Source of the DNA: Candidatus Omnitrophota bacterium
Lineage (GTDB): Bacteria; Omnitrophota; Gorgyraeia; JAFGGP01
Reading direction: 5' to 3'
Assembly: GCA_016930485.1 (NCBI GenBank)
Contig: JAFGGP010000030.1
Coordinates: 66,745-130,744, forward strand
Length of the DNA stretch: 64,000 nucleotides
Position 1 is the stretch's first letter. Each line of letters begins with the position of its first letter. Positions 9,413 to 19,759 of the stretch are shown here, piece by piece. The notes below the pieces were generated by a model. The model was not told where the DNA came from, did not search any database, and saw only the letters and a program-made list of their open reading frames with translations. The translations under genes and the position numbers were made by a program.

Positions 9413-10870
9413 TCATTTACCTACACAGAACCGCTCGAATATCAAATTGAGTACCTCGTCGGTCGCGCTGGTACCTAATATATCATCGATGTATTCTGCG
9501 GCATTCTTTATATCATCCGCGACGAACTCTATGGAAAACCCTGCTGCCAGATGTTCAAGGGCCTTGAGGAGTCCCTGATAGGTCTGGCGCAACAGTTCCC
9601 GGTGACGTACATTGCTGATGAGAACAGTGCCGCCGTTCGCCGTAACGGCATTATCCGAAAGGGTCCGGACGATCACCTCTTCCAGGATATCAATCTGTGT
9701 CCCCTCACGTGCCGAGACCTCCACAATTTCTGCCTTGCCGGCATAACCCCGAAGGTCGCCCCCGGAAATTTTCCGGGGTAAATCTATCTTGTTCAGTACA
9801 ATAATTCTTTCTTTCTCTGCGTGGTTTTTCAGCAAGGATCTGTCTTCCTCCTCCAGGGATGCCGCACCGTCCACCACAAGAAGCAGGAGATCGGCCTGTC
9901 TGAGCAGGTTGCCCGCCCGGACCATCCCTTCCCGTTCGATGAAATCGCCTGAGGCGCCAAAGCCGGCCGTATCGCATAACGTCAGGGGAATACCGCGAAG
10001 AAAGGTTTCTTCCGTAATAATATCGCGCGTTGTGCCGGCCGCCGGCGCCACAATAGCCCGCTCACTCTTGAGAAGTGCGTTCAGCAGGCTTGACTTCCCC
10101 ACATTACGCCTGCCGTATATAGCCACACAAAGGCCCTGTTTCACTTTTATTGCCGTGTCAAAACCGACGATTAACTCATCAAGGCCTCCGATGATACCGT
10201 GAAGCTCCTCTCCGGTCCGGTCATATTCAAATTCGGCAATCTCCTCATCGGGGAAATCGATCAGCGCCTCGATGTGTGACAGAATCTGCAACAGGTGCGT
10301 ATGAATCGTTTTGATTTTCTCTGAGAGAGCCCCTGTCAGATGGCTCATCGCAAGTGAAAGTGCTGCGTCGGTCCTGGCATCAACGATATCCGCGACTGCC
10401 TCTGCCTGAACAAGATCTATCTTGCCGTTTAAAAAGGCCCGGCGCGTGAATTCTCCCGGTTCGGCAATGCGTGCTCCGTAACGAACCAAGAGATCAAGAA
10501 TTTTCCTTACCACCACGGGGCCGCCATGACAGTTAACTTCAACCATGTCCTCACCGGTGTATGAACGAGGTGCCTTCATGACAATAAGCACCACCTCATC
10601 CACTGTACCGGGGGGCATCTCTGCGTGTTTTTGTCCCGCAGCATCAACGGCCCTGGCAGATTCGAAAGAGGGGGCAACAATAAATCCGGGAATGACGCCG
10701 CGTCTCTCCAGGTCGGGAATGCGGCTCTTTCCTTTGGGGCAGAATACCTTCGCGGCAATATCGCATGCACCCTTCCCGCTCATCCTTACAATGCCGATCG
10801 CCCCTCTGCCGGAAGGAGTCGCAATGGCAACGATGGTATCCTCCAAATAATCAAATACGTCTCTCTTCAT
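9413..10870 (-). CDS. mnmE: tRNA modification GTPase MnmE
   Basis: N-terminal DTIVAIATP, G-domain GRRNVGKSSLLNAL and DTAG, C-terminal CVGK tetrapeptide. Confidence 0.9.
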   Translation of the reverse strand: MKRDVFDYLEDTIVAIATPSGRGAIGIVRMSGKGACDIAAKVFCPKGKSRIPDLERRGVIPGFIVAPSFESARAVDAAGQKHAEMPPGTVDEVVLIVMKAPRSYTGEDMVEVNCHGGPVVVRKILDLLVRYGARIAEPGEFTRRAFLNGKIDLVQAEAVADIVDARTDAALSLAMSHLTGALSEKIKTIHTHLLQILSHIEALIDFPDEEIAEFEYDRTGEELHGIIGGLDELIVGFDTAIKVKQGLCVAIYGRRNVGKSSLLNALLKSERAIVAPAAGTTRDIITEETFLRGIPLTLCDTAGFGASGDFIEREGMVRAGNLLRQADLLLLVVDGAASLEEEDRSLLKNHAEKERIIVLNKIDLPRKISGGDLRGYAGKAEIVEVSAREGTQIDILEEVIVRTLSDNAVTANGGTVLISNVRHRELLRQTYQGLLKALEHLAAGFSIEFVADDIKNAAEYIDDILGTSATDEVLNLIFERFCVGK

Positions 10871-10896
10871 TATCCGTTTTCCCGCATTATGAGATA

Positions 10897-12288
10897 TTAC
10901 GTGACCGTTACCGGCGTCTTGATGAAATATGTTCGTGCCTCAGCCGCTAAAAACAGAGATCCCGTTATCACGATAATCGTCCCGGGCTCTGCCTCGTTCA
11001 GGGCATACCCAATAGCCTCTTCTGGGGCAGGAAAAACAGTTGTGAGAATCCGGCGCTCCTCGAGTAATCCCCTGAGATCTTCGGGGTCCATTGCGCGCGG
11101 GTGGTGTGCCCGCGTTACAATGCAGCTGCATGGATACCGGGACAGCACCTCGGCGATCCGGCGAACGTCTTTTTCCTTTGAGAGCCCGATAATAACGGTC
11201 AGTCTTTTATGCTCTCCGCCAAAATGTCTCTCGATCGTATCAAAAAGTGCCTGCATGCTGGCGGCATTCTGGGCCCCGTCAAGTATGGTATGCGGGGCCC
11301 TTGATACAATCTCGGCCCGTACCGGCCACTTTACAAAACTGAATCCCTCGGCAATCGCCTCCGAATAAATGCTCAGGTTATACAAACGCAGGGCATCTAT
11401 AACGGCCAACACGGTAGCCGCGTTAATTAACTGGTGTCTCCCTATCAAGGGGATCCGAAAACGCTCATAGCCCCCCAGCGCCCCTTTTGCGGAAAATGCC
11501 TGGTATGTCTTTGAAACCTCTTCTTCTTTATAGACAATATCAATCCCTACCTCGACCGGAAAAGCACCCAATGCCCGGCAGCGTTCGATAAGCACCGACC
11601 GTGCCGGTTGAAGCTGAGGCTGGATAACAACATACGTCTTTGGTTTGATGATGCCTGCTTTTTCCGCGGCGATCTCTTCGATCGTTTCCCCCAACAGATG
11701 CATATGATCAAAACTGATGCCGGTAATCACCGACACAAGAGGATAGACCAGGTTGGTCGCATCCAGCCTTCCGCCCACCCCTGTCTCAAGAACGGCATAA
11801 TCAACCTTCTTCTCTTTAAAATACAGCAATGCCGCCGCGGTCAACACCTCAAAAAAGGTAACCTTGCCAAACTTCCTGATGTCCAACAGTGTTATTTTTT
11901 CCTGCACCCGCCCGATGATGCCGGCAAAATCCTCTTCTGATATCATGCCTTCGAAAAGTGTCCTTGAGCCGTCGTGCCCGTATGAAAGCCCCAGCACGTC
12001 GCTATCCAAAATCCTGATCCTCTCCCGAAACGAGTAAAGATGGGGCGACGTAAACAATCCTACCCGTTGAGCGCCCGCGGCGAGGACATAGGCAAGCATT
12101 GCGGCTACCGATCCCTTGCCTTTCGTTCCTGCAATGTGAATGCAGCGCAGGTCATAATGGGGATCGCCCAGCGCCCTAAGCAGGTGTTTCACCCGCTCAA
12201 GCTTTAACCCGCGATAAAATTGCGCCCCGGGGATGGTCTCGTAATCAATAAGGGAGAAGAGAAACTGGGAAGCTTCCTGATACGTCAT
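10897..12288 (-). CDS. folC: Folylpolyglutamate synthase / dihydrofolate synthase
   Basis: Mur-ligase P-loop HIAGTKGKGS. Length and overall pattern match FolC. Sits in a folate-related gene neighbourhood. Confidence 0.85.
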   Translation of the reverse strand: MTYQEASQFLFSLIDYETIPGAQFYRGLKLERVKHLLRALGDPHYDLRCIHIAGTKGKGSVAAMLAYVLAAGAQRVGLFTSPHLYSFRERIRILDSDVLGLSYGHDGSRTLFEGMISEEDFAGIIGRVQEKITLLDIRKFGKVTFFEVLTAAALLYFKEKKVDYAVLETGVGGRLDATNLVYPLVSVITGISFDHMHLLGETIEEIAAEKAGIIKPKTYVVIQPQLQPARSVLIERCRALGAFPVEVGIDIVYKEEEVSKTYQAFSAKGALGGYERFRIPLIGRHQLINAATVLAVIDALRLYNLSIYSEAIAEGFSFVKWPVRAEIVSRAPHTILDGAQNAASMQALFDTIERHFGGEHKRLTVIIGLSKEKDVRRIAEVLSRYPCSCIVTRAHHPRAMDPEDLRGLLEERRILTTVFPAPEEAIGYALNEAEPGTIIVITGSLFLAAEARTYFIKTPVTVT

Positions 12289-12298
12289 GTATATTTTG

Positions 12299-12488
12299 GT
12301 TCTACGGGTTCACGGGTTATTCGAGTTGCTCGGGTTCAAAAATAGTTCTTCGGGTTGCACGGGTTCGGCGGGTTCTTCGGGTTCGTTTTTGTTATCAAAT
12401 TATTTTTCAACCCGTGAACTCGCTAACTCGCTAACTCGTGAACTATTTTCCACTCGCGAACACGCGAACTCGCAGAACACGCGAACCA
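12299..12488. repeat. Word-array inverted repeat, CGGGTT/CGAGTT family (largest copy)
   Basis: Left side has ~9 words containing CG[GA]GTT at an 8-9 bp period. AT loop at 12386-12408. Right side has ~9 words AAC[CTA]CGNN at an 8-bp period. gttcacgggtt (12308-12318) is an exact complement of aacccgtgaac (12409-12419). Confidence 0.85.
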
Positions 12489-12498
12489 GTTTTAAAGG

Positions 12499-14082
12499 TT
12501 AGTGTCTGAAATGCCGTCTGCCGGTAAATACCATGGCAATGCCGGCTTTGTTGCAGGCCTCTATGACCTCCTGATCTTTGATGGACCCGCCTGGCTGAAT
12601 GATGCTTCTGATGCCGGCATCGGCGCATACCTCAATATTGTCAGGCATCGGGAAAAAGGCATCGCTTGCCAGTACCGCACCCTGTGCACGCCCCCCGGCC
12701 TTTTCGGCCGCAATCCGCACGGCATCGACACGGCTCATCTGTCCTGCCCCGATACCGATGGTCTTAAGACCATCGGCGATCACGATAGCATTCGACCGGA
12801 CAAAACGGGCTATCCTCCACGCAAAGGCGAGTGCTTTCATATCGTCTCCGGTCGGTGCCTTTGTTGTCGCCACTGTACACTCTGATAATTCACCGGCAAA
12901 CACCGAGTCTTTTTCTTGAATCAGAAGGCCGCCGGTTATCTTCTTGAGGTGATACGTCTCACTCTTTCCAGCCGCCCCCGGCGCCAGTTCTAGGAGTCTC
13001 AGGTTTTTCTTGGTTGTTAAAAGAGTAAGCGCCTTCTGGGTAAACTGGGGTGCGATAATGCATTCAAGAAAACCGGCATCAAGCATTCTCTCGGCCAGCC
13101 CTATGTCGCAGGTCCTGTTGATACCGACAATCCCCCCGAAGGCCGACAGGCTGTCCCCCTCTAAGGCATCCTGAAATGCCCCTTCTATCTCGGCACCCAG
13201 TGCCGCACCGCAGGGATTGCCGTGTTTAATGACCACGGCGGCCGGCTCATCAAATTCGTACGCAATGGTATAGGCGCTTTCCAAATCAAGGATATTGTTA
13301 TAGGAGAGCTCTTTGCCGTGGAGTTTGCGCGCGGCAAAAATACCGATCGGTCCGGCACCATCGGCCTCCCTGTAAAGTGCCGCCGCCTGGTGGGGATTTT
13401 CGCCATACCGCAACTGCCTCTCGCGCATAAACTGTAACTGCACTGCATCGGGAAAATAACCAGCCATCTGCTGCGTCTGTTTTTCCTTTGAAAGGGCCCT
13501 ATCGAGATATGCCGAGATAAAGCGGTCATAACGCGAGGTTTCTCCGAGGGCCTTTACGGCCAGCTGTCCCAGCGTCTCTTTCGAAAGACACCCGTTGTTC
13601 TCCCTTAATTCATCGAGAACCGGCTCATACTGTGAAATGCCGCTGATAACGGCAACATGTCTGTAATTCTTGGCAGCGGCCCTCAGGAGGCATACGCCAC
13701 CGATATCTATCTCTTCGAGCATATCGCTAAGCGGCAGAGTTCCTCCGGAGCTCTTCTCCTCAAAGGGATACAGATTGACACACACCAGGTCAATGGGCAT
13801 TATATTGAGCCTTGCGAGCTCATCGGTATGACTCTTTTTATCGCGGAGCGCCAGAATGGCACCGTGTATTTTGGGATGAAGCGTTTTTACCCTGCCGTCC
13901 AGAATCTCGGGAAAATCGATCTCTTTTTCGATGAGCGCTGCTGTGACGCCGTGCTCCTTAAGCAGCTGAAAGGTGCCCCCTGTCGAGAGTATCTCGATAT
14001 CCAGCGCGCGCAATCCCCGCGCAAAAGAAACGACATCATCCTTACGGGAAACGCTGACTAACGCCCTCCTGATACGTACCAT
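12499..14082 (-). CDS. purH: Bifunctional AICAR transformylase / IMP cyclohydrolase
   Basis: 527 aa. N-terminal MGS-like ALVSVSRKD...LSTGGT, C-terminal AICARFT (SDAFFPMPDN, GGSIKD). Confidence 0.95.
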   Translation of the reverse strand: MVRIRRALVSVSRKDDVVSFARGLRALDIEILSTGGTFQLLKEHGVTAALIEKEIDFPEILDGRVKTLHPKIHGAILALRDKKSHTDELARLNIMPIDLVCVNLYPFEEKSSGGTLPLSDMLEEIDIGGVCLLRAAAKNYRHVAVISGISQYEPVLDELRENNGCLSKETLGQLAVKALGETSRYDRFISAYLDRALSKEKQTQQMAGYFPDAVQLQFMRERQLRYGENPHQAAALYREADGAGPIGIFAARKLHGKELSYNNILDLESAYTIAYEFDEPAAVVIKHGNPCGAALGAEIEGAFQDALEGDSLSAFGGIVGINRTCDIGLAERMLDAGFLECIIAPQFTQKALTLLTTKKNLRLLELAPGAAGKSETYHLKKITGGLLIQEKDSVFAGELSECTVATTKAPTGDDMKALAFAWRIARFVRSNAIVIADGLKTIGIGAGQMSRVDAVRIAAEKAGGRAQGAVLASDAFFPMPDNIEVCADAGIRSIIQPGGSIKDQEVIEACNKAGIAMVFTGRRHFRH

Positions 14083-14086
14083 AACA

Positions 14087-14647
14087 TCACCTTTCTGATT
14101 CTAAGAGAGATAATTTCATCCTGATGATCTTCATGGAATATTCGAGAGAGGTGATATCGCCCTTAAGCTGGGCGATCTGCTGTTCCACCTCCGAAATCCG
14201 CCGAGTCCAGTCTTCCGACTCTGAGGGGCGCGCGGCGAGCGCATTGAGCTCCTTGAGCATGTTCTTGAGATTCTGCACCTTTGATTTCTTTGCCTTGAGC
14301 TGTGCCTCGATATCTTCTTTTTCAAACTCGACCGCGGTAATATAGGGGGCAAAACCGGCATGCGCTTCTTTTATTTTCTTTTCGACATCATTCTTATACT
14401 GGCTGTATCCTTTCCGAAGACTCTGCATGTCTTTTTCTATTTCTTTTTTCTTAAGTCGCACCTTGCTCTGCAAATCGCCAATCGTGGTATCGAGTGCTTC
14501 CTTTTTCGCCATAACCTCCTTAAAAGCCGGGTCTATCCGCAAAACCTCTTCCAGGGTTTTTTTGTTCTGTCCATAACCGCACCCGCCCAGTATCAGCGTG
14601 CCGGAACATATGAAAACCGCCAGTATGTTATAGTGTATTGTCTTCAT
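14087..14647 (-). CDS. Coiled-coil lipoprotein, function unknown
   Basis: Lipobox LILGGC, then a K/E-rich heptad-like sequence. Stop lies 4 nt before the purH start. Confidence 0.55.
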   Translation of the reverse strand: MKTIHYNILAVFICSGTLILGGCGYGQNKKTLEEVLRIDPAFKEVMAKKEALDTTIGDLQSKVRLKKKEIEKDMQSLRKGYSQYKNDVEKKIKEAHAGFAPYITAVEFEKEDIEAQLKAKKSKVQNLKNMLKELNALAARPSESEDWTRRISEVEQQIAQLKGDITSLEYSMKIIRMKLSLLESER

Positions 14648-14751
14648 AACGGTCTCCCGCTGTTATGGTTAAAATCTCTTTCCCGTCCCTGCGGAGAATC
14701 CTTTAAAGGCCCCCGGCATTTTTGGATAGGGCCCATTATAGCATATATATA

Positions 14752-14793
14752 TAAAAAAAGAAGGGCTTCTTTTTGACCTGAAGAAGCCCTTCT
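14752..14793 (-). terminator. Rho-independent terminator after the TM-helix gene
   Basis: Stem gaagggcttctt / aagaagcccttc, followed on the minus strand by TTTTTTT. Confidence 0.8.
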
Positions 14794-14818
14794 CAGGGGA
14801 GTGCCGAAAAACGTATCT

Positions 14819-15505
14819 TTAGACAGGCATGCCTCTCTTAAATTTATGCACTATATCCTCGATGATGCGTCCGGCCGTCTCCCTGCCGCCCAGCCCAAAT
14901 GCCAGGGCCAGGGCGAGTCCGATGGCACCGAGGATAATGTTAAAACCGAATCCGATAATCCGTGTTCCGATATTGAGCTGTTCTAAGGCGATCGCGGCAG
15001 AAAAAACGATGAGAATGACCTGGGCAATCTGTCCCAAGGTCTTAGCCTCGCTAATACCGGCGTTTGAGGCAGCGGTTCTTACAATCGTCCCCATAAGCGT
15101 TGCAAAAAAAAGCCCCAGCACCAGGATGAAAACGCTCGCAATGACATTCGGAATATAGGTCACGATCTTATCCAGGAGTGTCGCCGCCACCGTCAACCCC
15201 ATAGCATTGACCGCGGTAGTAAATACGATGAGCATTGTCAGCCAGTACACCAGTACCCCGACCAGTTCTGACAGTGTATACCTAATATCCCCTTTTGCCA
15301 AAAAGCTTCTGATTCCCGTGCGCTCGGCAACGACGTCCAGCTTCACCAGCCGTAATACATTAGTAATCAGTTTTTGGATTGCCTTGGCGATAAACCATCC
15401 CACGACCAGGATAATGATTACTCCTATCAGCGTCGGGATAAAACTCATAATCCGTACCAGCATCGCCCGTACGGGCTCTACCACCCCCTGATCCCAATCC
15501 ATCAT
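14819..15505 (-). CDS. Conserved-TM-helix repeat membrane protein (mechanosensitive-channel-related N-terminal type)
   Basis: Repeated helix units of the type IPTLIGVIIILVVGWFIAKAIQKLITNVL, resembling the Pfam TM_helix repeat. Followed by a terminator. Confidence 0.6.
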   Translation of the reverse strand: MMDWDQGVVEPVRAMLVRIMSFIPTLIGVIIILVVGWFIAKAIQKLITNVLRLVKLDVVAERTGIRSFLAKGDIRYTLSELVGVLVYWLTMLIVFTTAVNAMGLTVAATLLDKIVTYIPNVIASVFILVLGLFFATLMGTIVRTAASNAGISEAKTLGQIAQVILIVFSAAIALEQLNIGTRIIGFGFNIILGAIGLALALAFGLGGRETAGRIIEDIVHKFKRGMPV

Positions 15506-15523
15506 ACCCCACCTCCTCTCTTA

Positions 15524-15560
15524 AGCTTTCAGCAGCTGATGGCTGAGAGCCGATGGCTTT
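15524..15560. repeat. Word array, TCAGC/GCTGA family (short copy)
   Basis: agctttcagc agctgat ggctgag agccgat ggcttt, directly upstream of the TM-helix gene start. Confidence 0.6.
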
Positions 15561-15574
15561 AAAAATCTATCCAT

Positions 15575-15606
15575 ATAAATAAAAATGCCCCCTTTTGGGG
15601 GAGCAT
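15575..15606 (-). terminator. Rho-independent terminator (second of two after hppA)
   Basis: Stem atgccccc / gggggcat with loop tttt, then a T-rich run on the minus strand. Confidence 0.65.
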
Positions 15607-15697
15607 TGTTTTGTTATTCAGGAACGTCGTGCCCGTACATATGTTTTGTACTTTTTTTATTATTTAACACCCGCTCGGAATAAAAGTCAAATAAATA

Positions 15698-15726
15698 AAC
15701 CCTACACCCTTTTTGGTGTAGGGTTT
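15698..15726 (-). terminator. Rho-independent terminator after hppA
   Basis: Stem aaaccctacacc / ggtgtagggttt, then atttatttg on the minus strand. Confidence 0.65.
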
Positions 15727-15751
15727 ATTACTCTATCTCCTTATATATCAT

Positions 15752-17725
15752 TTACTTAAAGAAAAGCGGGGCAAACACCAATGATACAATCGCCATCAGC
15801 TTAATCAGAATATTCATCGACGGACCCGAGGTATCTTTGAACGGGTCACCGACGGTATCGCCTACAACAGCCGCGGCATGGGTCGGGGTCCCCTTACCGC
15901 CGAGATTGCCTTCTTCGATCCATTTTTTCGCGTTGTCCCATGCCGCCCCGGTATTTGCCATCATAATACCCATCAGGACGCCACAGGTCGTGGCGCCGGC
16001 CAGAAACCCGCCGAGCGCCTCTTTTCCAATACCAAATCCTATCGCAAGCGGGGCAATAACCGCAAGAAGTCCCGGAAGAATCATCTCAACAAGAGCCCCT
16101 TTGGTTACGATATCAATGCACCGGGCCGTGTCCGGCTTTGCCTTCCCTTCGAGGAGCCCGGCAATCTCCCGAAACTGTCTTCGTATCTCATGAACCATCT
16201 TATGTGCCGCGCGTCCGACCGCCTTCATGGTCAAGGCCACGATAACAAATGGCATCAGCCCCCCCAGTAAAAGCCCGATAATAGTTGCCGGATCGGTCAG
16301 GCTGATTGTCTCAAGCCGTGCGGTCCGCTGATATGCGGAAAAAAGCGCCAGTGCCGTAAGCGCGGCGGATCCGATGGCAAACCCCTTGCCGATTGCAGCG
16401 GTTGTATTACCCAGCGCATCCAGTTTATCGGTAATCTTCCTGATCTGCGGTGGCTGATGTGACATCTCGGCAATGCCGCCGGCATTGTCCGCAATCGGGC
16501 CGTATGAATCGGTAGACATAACCAGACCGATAGTCGAAAGCATCCCGACCGCCGATATGGCGATCCCGTAGAGCCCTGCAAAGTAATAGGAAACATAGAT
16601 GGAAAGGCAGATCGTCAGGAGCGGCATAATCGAACTCTCAAAACCGACCGCAAGCCCGGTAATAATAGTCGTCGCAGGACCTGATTCTGCGCTGGCGGCA
16701 ATAGTCTTTACCGGCGGGCCTGAGGTAAAAAATTCGCTCTCAACCCCGATCAAGATCCCTGCGATGAGACCGCTTAATACCGCCCAGAATACACCGACGC
16801 CGCCCAGCATCTGTGTTACCGCAACATAGGCGCCGATGATGAAAAGGACTCCGCTGATATACGTGGCATACCGCAGGGCCGACTGCGGATTGATTCGTTT
16901 TAAGATACCCATCGAGGAGACGCCGATGACCGAGGCGATCAATCCGATGGTAATCAAAACCAGCGGAAGCGCCATCAATGTAAGCGGGGTAAGCATCGTT
17001 GCGCCGATCGCCATTGTCGCAACAACCGACCCGACATAGGATTCAAAAAGATCGGCACCCATACCTGCCGTATCACCGACGTTGTCGCCTACATTGTCGG
17101 CGATCACCCCGGGATTGCGGGGATCGTCCTCGGGGATACCGGCCTCAACCTTGCCAACCAGGTCTGCCCCCACATCGGCGCTCTTAGTATAGATGCCGCC
17201 GCCGACACGGGCAAAGAGCGCAATGGAGCTGGCACCCATTGCGAATCCGTTAATAATAAATGGTTCCTTGGTAAAGAGGCAGGCAACGGCGATACCCAAC
17301 AGTCCGAGCGCGGCAACAGAAATACCCATAACAGAACCGCCGCGAAACGCCACATCGAGCGCCTCCGGGGCGCCGCCGGTCACGGCCGCCTGACAGGCGC
17401 GATTACTGGAACGCGTCGCTGCCTGCATCCCGATAAATCCGGCAAGCATCGAACATCCGGCACCGGCAAGATAGGCCACTGCGGTCCACATTCCCAAAAA
17501 CATAAACAGGACAACAAAAACCAGGACGACAAAAATACCGATAATCCGGTATTCGCGCGCTAAAAATACCATAGCGCCCTTATGCACCTCCTCGGCAATC
17601 TCCTGCATCACCTCGGATCCGGCGTGCCGGCGCTTTACCGTCACAAAGGTCCAGAGGGCAAAAAGCATTCCCAGCACACCAACCCCTACAGGCACCAACT
17701 CCATCATGTTCATACAATCCTCCAC
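15752..17725 (-). CDS. hppA: Membrane-bound ion-translocating pyrophosphatase
   Basis: Motifs [28 protein letters not shown] and [21 protein letters not shown] has Ala rather than Lys at the position known to separate K+-dependent from K+-independent enzymes, so I predict the K+-dependent type. Several in-frame ATGs at the N-terminus. Confidence 0.95.
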   Translation of the reverse strand: MEDCMNMMELVPVGVGVLGMLFALWTFVTVKRRHAGSEVMQEIAEEVHKGAMVFLAREYRIIGIFVVLVFVVLFMFLGMWTAVAYLAGAGCSMLAGFIGMQAATRSSNRACQAAVTGGAPEALDVAFRGGSVMGISVAALGLLGIAVACLFTKEPFIINGFAMGASSIALFARVGGGIYTKSADVGADLVGKVEAGIPEDDPRNPGVIADNVGDNVGDTAGMGADLFESYVGSVVATMAIGATMLTPLTLMALPLVLITIGLIASVIGVSSMGILKRINPQSALRYATYISGVLFIIGAYVAVTQMLGGVGVFWAVLSGLIAGILIGVESEFFTSGPPVKTIAASAESGPATTIITGLAVGFESSIMPLLTICLSIYVSYYFAGLYGIAISAVGMLSTIGLVMSTDSYGPIADNAGGIAEMSHQPPQIRKITDKLDALGNTTAAIGKGFAIGSAALTALALFSAYQRTARLETISLTDPATIIGLLLGGLMPFVIVALTMKAVGRAAHKMVHEIRRQFREIAGLLEGKAKPDTARCIDIVTKGALVEMILPGLLAVIAPLAIGFGIGKEALGGFLAGATTCGVLMGIMMANTGAAWDNAKKWIEEGNLGGKGTPTHAAAVVGDTVGDPFKDTSGPSMNILIKLMAIVSLVFAPLFFK

Positions 17726-17733
17726 TTTTTAAA

Positions 17734-17958
17734 GTCACAAGACACATGACACAAGTCACATGTGAAAACTCAAAATAAAAAAAGTGAATAACAGCATATC
17801 ATTCTTCAAAAAAAGTCGGGAAGTCTTCGCCCCCTCATCCAGCGAGCCGCTCGAATCATAACAATCGTTCTCAATTATGTTTCTATGCGCTAACTGACAA
17901 TTCGCCATACAGAGTTTTTTGGGATTTTGTTTTTTGTTCTTACTTGTGACATGTGTCT
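17734..17958. repeat. Nested element: GWCACAN arms outside, A-rich AAATCAA-type arms inside, ~125-bp unique core
   Basis: Left arm gtcacaa gacacat gacacaa gtcacat gtg (17734-17764). Right arm cttgtgacatgtgtc (17943-17957) complements it at 14 of 15 positions. Inner arms are aaaactcaaaataaaaaaag and gagttttttgggattttgttttttg. Lies in the hppA upstream region. Confidence 0.8.
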
Positions 17959-18034
17959 ATACTAAGGTGTAATTGCTGCCTATTGTAGCAAAAAAAAATA
18001 ATTTAACAAGTTATTTTCAAGTTCCTGAATATAT

Positions 18035-18066
18035 AAAAAACCCGGCTAGAAAACCGGGTTTTTTAT
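18035..18066 (-). terminator. Rho-independent terminator after the repeat-protein gene (bidirectional in appearance)
   Basis: Stem aacccgg / ccgggtt, flanked by A-runs and T-runs on both sides. Confidence 0.8.
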
Positions 18067-18115
18067 CAAACGGCACCTGCATATTACTATAGTGCCCTTC
18101 CTCGTTGCCGCTGCC

Positions 18116-19759
18116 TTATCGAATAACGATGACTGGATCGTCAAACGGCGGATTTTCCTCAATAACCGTCCATTGCCCCTCGGGGTGCACAACAATCTGA
18201 CATTCGATATAATGGATTTTGTCTTGATATTGTAATATCACCAGTCTCGTCATAACACCAACTAAGCCATCAGGCGTTATATCTTCAGAACCAACGATCG
18301 AGATGTCTTCTTTATCCACGCCAAGGGCGCAAGCAAGGTAGGTACGGGCGGTGAGTTCTGCCATGATTGGATCATGGTTTGGTATTTTTCTTACCGCTGT
18401 CCATTGTGCACCAAAATGGCTGCCAAGGTGGCACTCGATATAATGGACGGTGTCTTGATATTGCAGCACGACTACCCGCATGCTGAGTCCAGCCATACCG
18501 TAAGGGGTTATATCTTCAGAATCTCTGACTGTGATATCGCCTCTATCCACCCCTAGCACATTAGCCAGGTAGCGGCGGGCCGTAAGCTCTGCTATGAAGG
18601 GGTTGTAGGCTGAAATCTCCCGCGTAACAGTCCACTGCGCACCTGGATAAACGCCGATCTTGCATTCGATATAATGAACGGCACCTTGATATTCCAGTGT
18701 AATTACCCTTGTCATAGCACCAAGCAGGCCGCGAGGTGTCACGTCTTCGGAGTCGGTGACCCTGATATCACCTTTGTCAACCCCTAGCGCATCCGCAAGA
18801 TAGGCGCGGGCAGTCAGCCCTGCTATAAGCGGGTCGGATGGTGAGATTTCCCGGATAGCCTTCCATGGCGCATTACGCCTGTCGGTGGCACGCTGACACT
18901 CAATATAGTAGGTTTTACCTTGATATTCCAACAGTACAAGCCTTGTCATGACACCGGTTACTGTCATAACAAGACCGTTCATGGATAGAAACGTTAGATT
19001 TTCGGAACCGATAATCGTAATATCTTTCTTCTTCACACCGAGTTTATCAGCAAGGTAATCACGGGCCGCGAGCTCTGCAGGATGTCTCTCTATCTTTGGT
19101 TCTGGTTTTGGGTTGCGCTCGGGGCCCTGTCTTTGCTGTTTGACAAAACAGCTGCCGTCCCGCTCTATCCAGCCACCGGAACCGTTCGACGTGCCGTAGT
19201 ACAGATCCTTGCCAACCTTGAATGTCACAGTATAGGATTGCAACACAACATTGAGCACTGCATAATTTCCTATAGGCCAATGCGTAAGAGTGCCCGTGCT
19301 GAGATTGGTAAGTGCGATCTCATCGACCGAAATTCCTAATTGTTCGGCCAGTTTTTCTTTCCCGTCCTGGATAACCGCCATGGCAATCTCTCGAAACGCT
19401 TCATAGGTAGGTTTGGGAATATAGGTCCAGACGCCCTTGTTGTATGCCTCCTTGAGTATTTCTTCAATATCTTCTTCGCCCTCTGTTTTGCGCCTGCTAA
19501 ACGGTGATGGTTGTTCTCTATGCTTGTTCCTCATTGCCTCTATATGTTTACGTTTCTCTACCGCGCGGTTTAGTATCGCGTCCTGGCCCAATACATCCCC
19601 TACACTTTGCAGATTATCCCCCGGCTTTCCTTCGCCTGTTTGGGGCTTCGGCGCAGGCGGCGCTGCCCAGGCAAGCTGACTGCATATAAAAAGAATGATA
19701 AGGTTAAGCGTGATTGCCCGAATGGAGAATGCCCTATTGAATGTGTGATACGGTACCAT
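18116..19759 (-). CDS. Secreted protein with four tandem ~77-85 aa PepSY-like repeats
   Basis: ORF 18116..19828. Start set at MVPYHTF (ATG 19757-19759), which has AAGGAGG upstream. Signal peptide ...ICSQLAWA. Four repeats of the form AELTAR.YLA..LGVD+.DI.V..SEDITP.G....MTRV..L.YQ...HYIEC. Confidence 0.7.
   Translation of the reverse strand: MVPYHTFNRAFSIRAITLNLIILFICSQLAWAAPPAPKPQTGEGKPGDNLQSVGDVLGQDAILNRAVEKRKHIEAMRNKHREQPSPFSRRKTEGEEDIEEILKEAYNKGVWTYIPKPTYEAFREIAMAVIQDGKEKLAEQLGISVDEIALTNLSTGTLTHWPIGNYAVLNVVLQSYTVTFKVGKDLYYGTSNGSGGWIERDGSCFVKQQRQGPERNPKPEPKIERHPAELAARDYLADKLGVKKKDITIIGSENLTFLSMNGLVMTVTGVMTRLVLLEYQGKTYYIECQRATDRRNAPWKAIREISPSDPLIAGLTARAYLADALGVDKGDIRVTDSEDVTPRGLLGAMTRVITLEYQGAVHYIECKIGVYPGAQWTVTREISAYNPFIAELTARRYLANVLGVDRGDITVRDSEDITPYGMAGLSMRVVVLQYQDTVHYIECHLGSHFGAQWTAVRKIPNHDPIMAELTARTYLACALGVDKEDISIVGSEDITPDGLVGVMTRLVILQYQDKIHYIECQIVVHPEGQWTVIEENPPFDDPVIVIR
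18119..19078 (-). repeat. Four tandem coding repeats (231-255 bp each) inside the secreted-protein gene
   Basis: Unit boundaries from the protein alignment: 18824-19078, 18593-18823, 18362-18592, 18119-18361. Conserved blocks LTAR.YLA, LGVD, SEDITP, HYIEC, QWT. Confidence 0.8.

Noticed and set aside
12287-12502. 71-aa plus-strand ORF (MYILVLRVHGLFELLGF...)
   Set aside because: It lies entirely within the CGGGTT word-array element. Its low-complexity periodic translation is a by-product of the repeat, it has no RBS, and it is antisense to the operon.
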